From Amphiscolops sp. MND2022 (taxonomy: Eukaryota): a DNA stretch of 64,000 nt. The DNA lies in contig OZ076417.1 of NCBI GenBank assembly GCA_964187785.1, forward strand, positions 47,244,001 through 47,308,000, written 5' to 3'. Below are positions 46,109 to 58,700 of the stretch, piece after piece. The notes below the pieces were generated by a model. It made no database searches. It saw nothing but the letters and a program-made list of their open reading frames with translations, and was not told the origin of the DNA. Every line of letters starts with the position of its first letter. The stretch's first letter is position 1. A program made the position numbers and the translations under genes.

Positions 46109-49100
46109 GAAAAAATTATCGCACTTAAGTTGAAAGGAAAAATGTTGCGTGGCACATATGGTACATGCATTGTTTCGATACATTATTGAAGGAATCAAAT
46201 TTGAAAGTCCAAATTTTAAACTCATGTTAATTGTTATTCTCCCTCCATCTTTCAACATGGTAAAGGAAACTTTGTAATTAGCCGCGTTTTTGTTGCACGC
46301 ACGGTTGGATTATTATTGTCTTTTCTTTTTTCTTAGGGTTTTTTTTATCATTATCAGCGTTAGTCACTTCAGATGTTATTGCAACTTAAAAAGAACGAAG
46401 TACATCTTCCTAAGTAAGTGAGAACTAATAGCTTAATCTGCGTAGTAGTGAAAAGGAAGTACCTTGCCTGTGCGAAAAAAAAATATTGCGTGAGTAAATG
46501 CAAGGCACTGTTTCAGAACCCCATTTTTGTGCTGTTGAAGAGACTGTCAAATCGGATTTCAAGAGGATTATAAACTTTGGATAGTCAACAAAGAATTTCA
46601 ACTAGTCCATCTAGCTTCTTACTTCAGTCATGTAATTTATTTCTTCACACTGAAATTGCAAGAAACAAATGTTGCGTTGCACATATGGTTCATGCATTGT
46701 CTGGATACATTATTGAAGAAATCATACTTGAGGGACCAAATTTGAAACTCAAGTTAATTGTTACACTCCGCCCATATTTTAATATGGAAAAGGAAAGTTT
46801 CTCAGTCAGACATGTTTTTGTCGCACACATGGTTGGATTATTATTGTATTTTCTAATTTCTGAGGATTTTTCTACTGTTATCAGTAAAAGTCAATCCAGA
46901 TGTTATTGCAACTTCAAAAGTACACTCAAGCGACCGGTCTATTCTATATACTAAGTAAGTTAGAGTCCTAATAACTTACACTGCGTAATAGTGAAAAGGA
47001 AGTTCCTTGCCCATGCGGAAACAAATTTTGCGTGAGTAAATGCAAGACAGTGTGTCACAACCCAACTGTTGTGCTGGTGCCATTATTGTATTTTCTAATT
47101 TCTGAGGATTTTTCTACTGTTATCAGTAAAAGTCAATCCAGATGTTATTGCAACTTAAAAAGTACACTCAAGCGACCGGTCTATTCTGTATACTAAGTAA
47201 GTTAGAGTCCTAATAACTTACACTGCGTAATAGTGAAAAGGAAGTTCCTTGCCCATGCGGAAACAAATTTTGCGTGAGTAAATGCAAGACAATGTGTCAC
47301 AACCCAACTGTTGTGCTGGTGCCATTGGGCCATTCTAAAGAAGACTAGAGACTGCCAAACCCGATTCTCAGAAGATTATGAATTTTGGATGATCAACAAG
47401 GACTATAAACTAATCCCTCAAGCTTCTTACTTTTGTCAGGTAAACTAGTTTTTGAAACAAATTTGTGTTATTTTAAAAAGTTCTAAGTGGCTGATCTCGA
47501 TATTTCCCAGTCATAATTGTCTAGAAATGTGAGTCATAAGTGATGATTATGTGAGAATATTTGTTCTTAAGGAATTTTGGATTTCATCATGGTTCATTTT
47601 GCGATAATTAGCATGAAAAAACGCAATACAGAGTGGGGTCCTGATCATTATGGTTCTGCTTATGCACCAGCGTTATCCAAGTTTGTGCAAGAGAGAAAAA
47701 TTATCGCACTTAAGTTGAAAGGAAAAATGTTGCGTTTCACATATGGTACATGCATTGTTTAGATACATTATTGAAGGAATCAAATTTGAAAGTCCAAATT
47801 TTAAACTCATGTTAATTGTTATTCTCCCTCCATCTTTCAACATGGAAAAAGAAACTTTGTAATTAGCCGCGTTTTTGTTGCACGCACGGTTGGATTATTA
47901 TTGTCTTTTCTTTTTTCTGAGGGTTTTTTCTATCATTATCAGCGTTAGTCACTTCAGATGTTATTGCCACTTGAAAAGAACGAAGTACATCTTCCTAAGT
48001 ATGTGAGAACTAATAGCTTAATCTGCGTAGTAGTGAAAAGGAAGTACCTTGCCTGTGCGAAAAAAAGATATTGCGTGAGTAAATGCAAGGGACTGTGTCA
48101 GAACCCCACTTTTGTGCTGTTGAAGAGACTGTCAAATCGGATTTCAAGAGGATTATAAACTTTGGATAGTCAACAAAGAATTTCAACTAGTCCATCTAGC
48201 TTCTTACTTCAGTCATGTAATTTATTTCTTCACACTGAAATTGCAAGGAAAAAATGTTGCGTTGCACATATGGTTCATGCATTGTCTGGATACATTATTG
48301 AAGAAATCATACTTGAGGGACCAAATTTGAAACTCAAGTTAATTGTTACACTCCGCCCATTATTTAATATGGAAAAGGAAAGTTTCTCAGTCAGACATGT
48401 TTTTGTCGCACACATGGTTGGATTATTATTGCATTTTCTAATTTCTGAGGATTTTTCTACTTGTTATCAGTAAAAGTCAATCCAGATGTTATTGCAACTT
48501 CAAAAGTACACGCAAGCGACCGGTCTATTCTATATACTAAGTAAGTTAGAGTCCTAATAACTTACACTGCGTAATAGTGAAAAGGAAGTTCCTTGCCCAT
48601 GCGGAAACAAATTTTGCGTGAGTAAATGCAAGACAGTGTGTCACAACCCAACTGTTGTGCTGGTGCCATTATTGTATTTTCTAATTTCTGAGGGTTTTTC
48701 TACTGTTATCAGTAAAAGTCAATCCAGATGTTATTGCAACCTAAAAAGTACACTCAAGCGACCGGTCTATTCTATATACTAAGTAAGTTAGAGTCCTAAT
48801 AACTTACACTGCGTAATAGTGAAAAGGAAGTTCCTTGCCCATGCGAAAACAAATTTTGCGTGAGTAAATGCAAGACAATGTGTCACAGCCCAACTGTTGT
48901 GCTGGTGCCATTGGGCCATTCTAAAGAAGACTAGAGACGGCCAAACCCGATTCTCAGAAGATTATGAATTTTGGATGATCAACAAGGACTATAAACTAAT
49001 CCCTCAAGCTTCTTACTTTTGTCAGGTAAATTAGTTTTTGAAACAAATTTGTGTTATTTTAAAAAGTTCTAAGTGGCTGATCTCAATATTTCCCAGTCAT

Positions 49101-49201
49101 AATTGTCTAGAAATGTGAGTCATGAGTGATGATTATGTGAGAATATTTGTTCTTTAGGAATTTTGGATTTCATCATGGTTCATTTTGCGATAATTAGCAT
49201 G
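46036..49201 (+). repeat. Tandem duplication of a 1586 bp unit with internal ~530 bp and ~240 bp sub-repeats
   Basis: cgcaatacagagtgggg at 46036 and 47622; gcgataattagcatg ends at 47615 and 49201. Confidence 0.9.
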
Positions 49202-49690
49202 GTAAAATGCGTCATTTTGCGTCATCACTACGGTTTTCGAATATACGTTAATACGCATTTTTATATAATCCGCTGATGCGACATTACACGATTTCTGGAT
49301 AATACGGCAAAAAACCGGCGGTAGGTATATGCGGTATTACGCGTTTTTGAGTTATGTAACGTCATACGCAATGTGAGATCACTCATATGCGGTGCTACGC
49401 GCATTTTAGAGTTATCCTATATGCTGTCGAATAGTTCGATCTTCTCGGTGCAAAACCATTATAGAATATGCGGCAACATGCAGAAATTGACATATGATGT
49501 ATGCGGTGCAATACATTTAATGAATGATGATTATACGCCGCCAGGCGGAAATCTGAGTGACGTGTATTCGTAATACTACGGATTTCTGGGATGTTATTAT
49601 TTCTTTTTAAATTATAGTTTATGTATGTCATGCAGTACGAGTTTGTAGGACAAAAATATAATTACGACACCTGGCGTAATTCTACTTATA
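49202..49690. repeat. CpG-rich segment with recurrent TACG/ATGCG/CGTA motifs
   Basis: Visible motif density contrasts with the flanks. Confidence 0.4.
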
Positions 49691-49719
49691 ACTTTATAAT
49701 GCCATGACTACCTTAGAAT

Positions 49720-50243
49720 TGAGTGTCATATTGAATCTTTTCAACAAACCCTGATTCACTAAATATGACTTTCACTTGAAATTTAATCTTTGTTGCAAGC
49801 AGTAGCTTCTCAGAAAGCAACTTAAACGCCTTGTAAACAATATCTTTGATATTTGTTTCACTCCCAACTTTTGATTTGTTGGATACTTCACAGAATTTTT
49901 GAAACATTTCCCTGCAAAAAAACCCTCTTTTTGCGTGAGCAAAATGCGAAAAGGAATAAACAAAAGGTCTAAAAGACTAAACACCCTTCTCCAGAGAGAC
50001 GTGAGAACAGCATAGAGATCTGAATGAATTGACAACAAAATGCGCAACATTCGGGATCCAAAAATGTACAATCTAGAGGAGTTCACGCAACAGATAACAA
50101 AAATACAAAACCAGAAGATTATCCTCTCAAAGCCTCTGAAATGAAGGAGTTAGGACATCCCGCTAAGCCTTTGTACCGAAACGAACTCCACCTAGACGAA
50201 ACAATAGTATCAAATGAGGGCTCAGAGGTAGAGGATTATCACA
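49720..50243 (+). mobile_element. Probable LTR 3' portion ending ...GAGGATTATCACA with an open frame reading through the end
   Basis: Frame ..EDYPLKASEMKELGHPAKPLYRNELHLDETIVSNEGSEVEDYH open to a CA end; left boundary and TSD not found. Confidence 0.35.
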
Positions 50244-50835
50244 CAGTCGTTGTGAAAGAGCTCTCCGTGTATCGAAAAAGTTAAGAAAGAAAATATGAAG
50301 AACAAGGTAAATTGATTGATACTAGGGAGGAATACATTTCTATAGGCATAGCAGTTTTTTCCATTCAGCCAATTGTGTGTCGCGTCACATTGTTGAAAAA
50401 AAAACTCACATGCAACCGAAGTAAAATTGCTTTTAACTATAGTTGTCCAACAAAAACGTTGAGAAATTAGACACTGATCTTTTTAGGATAACTTCTATAT
50501 ATTTTGCAACTTTTTTATATGAATTCATATTAACGCCGAACAAAATCCATATTCAATCCAAATTGAACAGAGAAATTCATATATGAATGTCTCCATTAAA
50601 AAGCATATAGGCTTCAAGGAAATTAGGTGTAAAGTTGGGATTTGAAAAAAGACCTTATTGTGCTGTTAGCTTTGTTACACTTTCGCTAACACTGGAAAAA
50701 CCTTGTTTTAACAGCCCGGGAAAAGTGAAAAGTCCATTTCTTGACTATTTTTGACTTTCTAAAATGTTTTCGATTGTTTACCAAATTACACACTAATAGA
50801 TTCCATATACCTCGCAAACAGTCATCTGGTCATTA

Positions 50836-51039
50836 CAGTGCATAGGCAAGCTATTTTGCTGCTTGTCGTGGAATCCGGGACACGAAAATTCCGCTGCTTG
50901 TCCGTGGAATGCTTGTTTGTGGAATCCGGGATCTATGACGTAATTTGCCAATTTTGCACGGTTAAAGGTATGGTCGTGGAATCCGAGGTATTGAAAGCAC
51001 AAATTGCTCTTTGAGCAAATTAAGCTTGCCTATGCACTC
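50836..51039. mobile_element. 204 bp Tc1/mariner-type MITE
   Basis: 17 bp TIR cagtgcataggcaagct / agcttgcctatgcactc; TA on both sides; absent from the homologous repeat at ~3290; internal gtggaatcc repeats. Confidence 0.85.
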
Positions 51040-51689
51040 TAATGGTACATTTTTACGACAAGCAATTGTGAGTTTATGGACTGAAAAGCCGTGATGACAC
51101 CAAAAACAACAAACATTTCCAGTTTTTGACCGAAATTCCAAATTTTATGTTCTGTCGGAACGTATTCAACTTTTAGAAATAACAATTTCATGTTGAAACG
51201 AACTTTCCAACAATTAGGTATAAGAAAGAGTTGATGTTGTTTGTTCGAGAAAAGCAATGATGCTTCTCAAAAACTCGAAAAAACTTTCAATTTTTGCAAT
51301 TTCAAACGTTGTCCGTTCATTGTTCCAAAGTTCCATGGGAATGAATAACTACTTTTACGGAACCAAAACATTCATTATTTGAGAAATGTTTTTTTCATGT
51401 TTGCATGGGTATAAGTATCTACACTTTCCAAAACCAACGACAACATTCTCTATTTTAGCAAAGTTTTTCGATAGAGCAATAAGCTGTTTGTCAATTAAAA
51501 CACCTTAGTTATGCATAAAAAAGCAAACAAAATTCCACTAATTTTTTCACAACTTGATGCACTTGTTCTCCAATGTCTGGTCATTTGGTAGTTTGTACTT
51601 TACACAGTGGTCCGAAATTAAATGAGTAGCTATATTATCTACTCTCGGGCACAGAGAACAGAAGCTTAATTCGAAAAGGCTTCAAAAAG

Positions 51690-54600
51690 ACCCCAGTAAA
51701 ATGCAAGACGACGAGAAATTGAAACAAGACGCACGTGACCGATGAAACTTATAACTCTAAACAGTTCAAAACTGTCAAAATTTTAGCTGGAAATTTTGCC
51801 AGAAAAAGTGCATCCCAAAAAATGGATAACCCCCGTCTGGGCGAACCACTTATTCAATCACCTCGAAATTCGGCACACATATATGGGTGGTACTAACCAA
51901 ACTTTTCACTCATTGCACACCCTCATCTCAGCTGGGTTCAGAGCATTTAACACCGAAAATGACCTACGTCGCACCCCAAGAAACCCCAATTTTTGCTATA
52001 CAAATTATTCTGTGACCTTCTTTACTGATCTTGAAGGAAGTGTAATGCTATTGGAATTGTCGACATTTACAATGTTTACATTGTCGATATTTACCTAATA
52101 ATCATGGCAAAACCACCTTGGATTTTGTTTACATAAGCAATCTCTTCGTATCATGCTTTAAATGTCATGTTTTTATACCACCTCTTTCGACGTTAAATTT
52201 ACTGTAGAATTGTAAACCATATTTATAGCATACTAGATAGAGGTTCTAACCACTGAAAAACTATGGTCAAGTTGGATCTTAGGACCACTTCAATTCTCAA
52301 TTCATTGCTCAACCTCTTTGTGACTTTTGGATCAACACTTAGGAACAGAAAAGTACTATTCGAACAGGTGTGCATGTAGTGTGAACGACCGCTGTTTCAA
52401 CCACTGTGTTGAACAAAGCTGTGTGTGCTGCAAAGTGATCTTAACTGAGCTTTCCTGAGTGCATAGTGTACTCTGGCGCTTGGGCTACTGCAGACACTGC
52501 GAGATTGTATTTGAAGTTGGATTACTGACGCTTTTGGGTATATAGTGTACTCTGATGTTTTGCGGCGCTACGTCATCGGTTTGTTGGGAGTTGTATTCGC
52601 AGTGGAGTATTTGGACTATTTGATTAGTTAGTGTACTCTAGGGTCTAAGAATACTTCAAAAAGGGCTGAACCTGAAAGAATTAATTGCAAAAAAAAACTG
52701 ACAACCAATTGAAGTGTTCTATGGACAAGATAATACGGGGAAGCAACACGAAAGCATTTCAAAACGAGACAAAAGTGGATGTTATACATGCTGAGCTGTG
52801 CAAAGAAAACGTGAAAAACTTGCAGACCGACCTTCTGTCAAACTGACAGGACCTACTGACTAGATGGGAGAACGTCATCGCAGCAAACAAAGCGGTTGCG
52901 AAAGTCAAGTATCCGTCAGAATTGACCGATAGTAAATTCGACAGTTTATGCAGGTATCAGGATGAATCAACAACATTAGAAGTACGAAAAACATTGGTCA
53001 GGAGATTACAATGACGTGGAGCCTCTAAAAAGGAGTGATAGTTAAAGGAATACTATAACTCCAAGTACATAGGTAATGAAATGCTCAGAGAAACGAAGAT
53101 GAAACGAAGATGAATTGGATAAGAGTCAGGATATTCTTTCCAATTCAGAGGGTCACAGAACAATGTTGGTCGGAAACAACGAAGAAACTCTTTTGAGTAA
53201 ATTTACGAAAAGTAGTGCAAAATAGTATGTTTGTTCAGTCATCCACTTGAATTTAGTTCAAGAAAAGATGCCGCCAATCGCGTCAAGCATAAAGTCGTGG
53301 AATCCAGGAATTTTATGATTTCTGCAATCTGATTGGTTCGATTTGCAAAACTTACGTTTTTGTGGAATCCGGGACACCGCTGCATGTCGACAGTTCGTAC
53401 AGCTAAGCATTTGTTACTGGAATCCACGACGAAATCCGTGGAATCCGGGACTTATGACGTAATTTGCCAATTTTGCACGAGATCCGAAAGGAACAAGGGG
53501 AGTTTAATAAGAGGATATTAGCGGCATAGCTACAACTACTCTCGAAGAAGAAATGGCGAGGACTGAACGGATCTCGGAAAAGGAAATAAAAATTTTGAAA
53601 AGGTTACTTCTTGGCTTGATCAAATTGAATAAGACAGAGAATGGGAATGATATATCCATAACCGCATTGGCCAGTGAACCTGTTCAATGATAACTTGATG
53701 CATTGCCACCGACAACGCAAGTATTTCAATCAGCGGCAAAGTTGACACAGCCAAGAGTAGCAAACAAGAGTAACGCAGTTAATCGTTTTCTCCCAAAACC
53801 CGCATCTGTAAAGCTGAAAACTGTTGCGCCACAGCATGTTCAGTTTGAAATCGTTCCACGTCCAAATCAACCATCAACTAACAACAAGATGGGAAACTAA
53901 AAAGTACTGCCACACGTGACACCCAAATTTAAGCTTCACTGCACTAACACAAAGTAATGCCAGACTCACAAGAATCAAAAATGAGAGTCTACCAGCCAGT
54001 TTGCCGAAACTGAAGTTAGCAGTTCTCCAAAATCTCATTAGATTGGCCCGAGTGGTCAGGTTTGTTTCTGTCAACCGTACATGCTGCAACTTTCGACGTT
54101 AGCTTAAAGATGAACCATTTCAAGACAAGGGTTACTGAGCAAGACAAAGAAGTCATCGCTAGACTAGGCTACACTGGAGGAAAGTACGACACTGATTGGA
54201 ATACCTTGTTTGCGTACTTTAGAAGATCAAACGCGATAGTTAACTCACACCTGGGGCGCATAAAGGAAGCGTCCGATTCTGGTTTCGCTAAAGTCCTCGT
54301 GAATAGCTCCAAGTTGTGTTCAAGTTCTGACGCAGATGAACTATATTGGGTATTTGCAGACAGAAGGGTTCTTGAGTATTAGGACCAGAAAACTGCTTCT
54401 GAACAACAAACTAAAATGGTTTACGTACGCGAGACAAAATGCCACTTACTACTTGGGGCTGGAAGCGTTCAGCGTATGACTACAAGAGAACAAGAGATAG
54501 CAGCGAGCAGGGTGTTGTTCTCATGGCAGGCAATTCAAACGCTGACAACTCTAAATGGACAAAAACGACAAACGAAAGAACTCTAACTTCTCAACAATCG

Positions 54601-57600
54601 CTACGACAATATCGACAAGAAGCTTGGTCAGAATTGTCCTTTCAAAGATGGTAAACATCCTTCGTGGAAATATATAAATGAAAAAGCTGAAATGAAAAAG
54701 CTCTCCCGGTATGAAAAAGCCAAAGAGTTGAAAGTCTGCTTTTGTTGTTTGACTGGGAAACATGCGGTCAAAGATTGCACATTCACAACGTGTTGAGTCA
54801 AAAGACGTAGCAGGCGGCATCATCCATTGCCACATCGCGAGGCGAATGGACGGCCACAAAATGGAGTGGAAGACCCACAACAGCAAGTAGAGAAGTAGAG
54901 GTGAATTCGGAATCTTACTCCCTGAGGAGCGGTGGAATTCAGCCAGTTATACCTGTCGTCATCCATATTGGAAGGAAGCAAGAATCAACCTTGGCGTTGT
55001 GCAACTCTGGACTAAGTCGTTCATAGACAAGACATCGGCCGAAAAGTTAAATTCTCAAGGGGAAAAATGGACAAACGACGTTAAATGCAAGCAATTCAAC
55101 ATGAGAATTCGTGGCGAGACAAAGCGCAACACACATGAGACGCCGAACTACACACATCCAAACATAGACACCGGAACAGAAATCTATATCTACAGAGAAC
55201 TCAAACATGCCTATCCTCACTTGTCGGTACTAAGCGAAGAAACTTTGAAACTCAAAGATATACGAATTGCTACCACATACATCGGCCCGAATGACGAGTC
55301 AAGGGCAGTGAAAATGACGCGCTGGCACAACAGGCAAAAACCTGGTGGGACACAGAATCATGAGCATCTCGCTGTAATGAGTCTGGAAATTCTAAGGAAG
55401 ATGAGAAAATTTTACAGATTCTCGAGCAAACCACAAAGTGTGATGGTAAAAGATACAAAGTTGGTCTGGTCTTCTCTGGGAAAAAATGACACCTCCTTAG
55501 CGAACAATTTCTCTTCTACAAAAAGCCAGTTGACTTTGTTGGAGTATACCCTTGAAACGAAATCGGAGTTGAAGAAGCTCTATCAAGACTCCTTCGAAGT
55601 AGAGGTTGAAAAAGGATTCGTCAAAATCCTGAAGCAAGAAGATATAGAAGCTACAAATTTGGAAAGACATTGGTATGTACCACATCACTCAGTAGCAAAT
55701 CCGAACAATCCAGGAAAAGTGAGGCGAGTGTGCAACGCAGCCTCTGAATTCAGTGGATTTTCACTCAACGGCAACCTCTTCAGGACTGGACTTACTGCAG
55801 ATTCTGATTGGAATGTTCTTCAGGTTTTGAGAACACGAGATTACCGTTGACATTGAAATGATGTTGCTCAAAGAGATATTACCGGAAAATTGTAACGTGT
55901 TCCAACTTTTATGACGAGACAATCCGAATGACACTGATAAGGTGTATGAGTATGGAACACATGGCTTCGGAGCAAAACGTTTACCAACTTGGGCTAATTA
56001 TGCTTTGAAACAAGCGGCAAAAATCTGTTCTCAGTGCCGAGCAGGCAATTGGGAACTACAAATCATTGTGAGCAATCTCGGCCAAGAGACAAAATGGATT
56101 AGCAACTGCGGGAAAGCTAAAACGACTATCGACGCAGCAGACATGTCACCGTCTTCTAGTTAAATCTTTGAAGCAGAGTGGACTTCACCGTCCACATTGT
56201 GAACACAATGGAACGTTGACGTAGAAAACCTGGAGGTCTGTAGAGGACTGCAGAAGGATTACGCAGAGTGTGAACTATCTCATGATTCAGCTGTACTCGA
56301 CACTCTGGGAATAGTGTCTCGTCTCACCATCAGAATGCGACTGCTACTAAAATCAATATGGAAGGAGAACGCACAGTCCTGGGACAAAGACCTGATTGAA
56401 AAAGATCCACTTGAATTCAAGAAGAGGACATCAGAGATGATTCATGTGAAACAAATGGTCTTTGGGAGAGCGTGTTTTGAGTCGGGTGTGAACAAAGATG
56501 ATCTACAAATCTTATCAGATGCTTCTATAGAAGCAATGGGGTGATTGACTATATGAGAAAGCAAATAATGGAGAAGTGATTTTTGTGATCGGGAAGTGTA
56601 GAGTAGCTCCAATACGAATCATGACAGTGGCTAAGTCGGAAATGCTCCCAGAGCTCACAATGGGTGAGCATGATTTTCAAATAAATCGAATGGTACATTG
56701 GACGATTTCAACAACGGTCCTGCAATGGCTCAATTTAGCTAACAAGAACCTACCAGACTTTGTGACGAAGAGTTGCGAAACCTCGAAGGGTCAACAATAA
56801 ACCGATGGCAACATGTGGCTGGTAAATTGAATCCCGCAGACATTAGACCTCAATGGTTCACAGTGGAGGCCCTGAAAAAGCGAGTGGCTCAGATTTGCAC
56901 GTGGCTTAGCGAGTTAGAAGACGCTCGGCCGAGGGCGCTCAAAACTTTGCAATTTAGCATTCAAGAAGAGCAAGAAACTGAAATGGAACCTGTTGTAATG
57001 GAACACCCATTTGAAAGGGGAAAATATTAGGTCATTCAAGAAAATAGTTCGTGTACTGTCATACTGCTTTAGATAAAGGAAAAGGGACTCGTAAGGAATA
57101 TTGACAGTTGTAGAGCTCAATCGTGCAAAACGGGCTATAGTGAAACGGTGTCGGAGGAAAGTTTTCCTGACGCTTACGAGAAGATCAAAAAACAGCAGTT
57201 GTCGGCTTCCGAACAATTTAACAAAAAAATTACCGTTTCTGGACGAAATTGGACTGCTCTGACTACAAGACTACAAGGGCGACAGCAGCATTCAAAATCA
57301 AGTTAACAGATCAAGTCGGCAGGTCAAACACCCGCTATTGTTGTCAGCAAAGCAGTATGATGTCGTCAACTTGATTTATCATCGAGGGACAGAATACATA
57401 AGAAATGCCCTGAGGCAATAAATTTGGAATATTGGATTGAGAATTCTCCTGAGGAACGTCAAAGCGAAACGTGTAAAATGTAGAAACAACGAGTTGGAGT
57501 GTCTCATCCATTTTTTTGATGGTTTACGACGAGAAACGTTGCAGGAATGGGTGTTCCTTTTCACCAACACTGTCGTTGATTGTTTTGGTCCTTTTGAAGT

Positions 57601-58700
57601 GAATTTCATAAGCGAGACCATGAAAAGATGATGCTGTCTCTTCACTTGTTTGACGACTAGAGCAGCACATATTGAAGTTGTTCTATCGGTTTATTGCCCA
57701 GAGAAGGCAAACCTGCTCAAATTTTTGGCGAGAATGGAACAAACGTCGTCGGCGCAGCTAAAGAAAAGGGGATTGCATTAATTCATGAAATCAGTCCACG
57801 ATTGAGGAGTCTCTAGCTCGAAAAATGAAAAGTCAAATTTCAACCTTCCTGGAGCTCCACATTTTGGCGGGATCTGGGAACCGATGGTTCGAATTTGTAA
57901 AAAAGAAATGATGACTGCATTGGATGGACGATCCTTGACAGACGAAGTACTCATAAAACAATGTATTTGGTAGAGCAGACGTTGAATGCTAGACAACGGA
58001 CCAGTGTTGGTGACGATCCAGACAATTTTGAAGCGATGTTAGATCCCTAATCACTTCTTGTAATGAAATGCTAATCTAGACACTCCATTCCTACCAGACG
58101 CTCAAGGTTAATGGGTTTGAGACGAGTATTTCGAGTATCGCCAGCGTATTCAGATATGATCTGGAACACTTGGAATAAAAAAACCTGCCGGAATGGAATG
58201 TGCGTATTAAATGGAATGAAGATGATGTGGGACAGCTAAAAGAGAACGATTTGGGTTGGGTTGTCGATAAAAATGTGCAAAGTTAAAAATACAATATGGC
58301 GAGAGTCTTGAAAATGCAAGAAGGAAGCAATAGCAGAGATAGATATTCGCCAATTGTGACAAAAATGGCAAACTGAAGTGACCCGTGATAAAACTGGCAC
58401 CTCTCATATGTGAAAGTGTTTTTCGAAAGAACAACAGTGCCGTCAATGTTGACGCAAGTCCATTGCAGGACATCAAACTGAAATCCGAACATGACTGATG
58501 ACACTGATAACTCAACAGACTTTGAAAATTTGTCAATTTTTGATTTTAGTTGGAAATTACCACTTTTAGGAAAATTAGCCCTGGTAAAAAAGGACCATCC
58601 ATTCTCGTTAATTGGCAATTGATTATTGGGTTCAGCAGTTGACACTTCGGACCGATCAACTTGCAGAAACTGGGAAAGTGAAAGGGTCGTCAAGAAACTA
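51690..58700 (+). mobile_element. Decayed Bel/Pao LTR retrotransposon (gag, PR, RT, RH, IN); 3' LTR starts 58447, diverged 5' LTR near 51690
   Basis: CFCCLTGKHAVKDC knuckle; ALCNSG (PR); WYVPHHSVANPNNPGKVRRVCNAAS and FGAKRLPTWANYAL (RT); SDASIEA, FVIGKCRVAP, WQHVAGKLNPAD (RH); FTNTVVDCFGPF, LFTCLTTRAAHIEVV, PGAPHFGGIWE (IN); tgttgacg after the IN end. Confidence 0.85.
53269..53526. mobile_element. ~260 bp MITE-like insertion within the Bel/Pao element
   Basis: Inverted termini atgccgccaatc / tattagcggcat (10/12); internal gtggaatccggga repeats shared with 50836-51039. Confidence 0.6.

Noticed and set aside
23326-46128. Both GPCR halves as exons of one gene
   Set aside because: TM5-7 lies upstream of TM1-4 on the same strand; the order is incompatible with cis-splicing.
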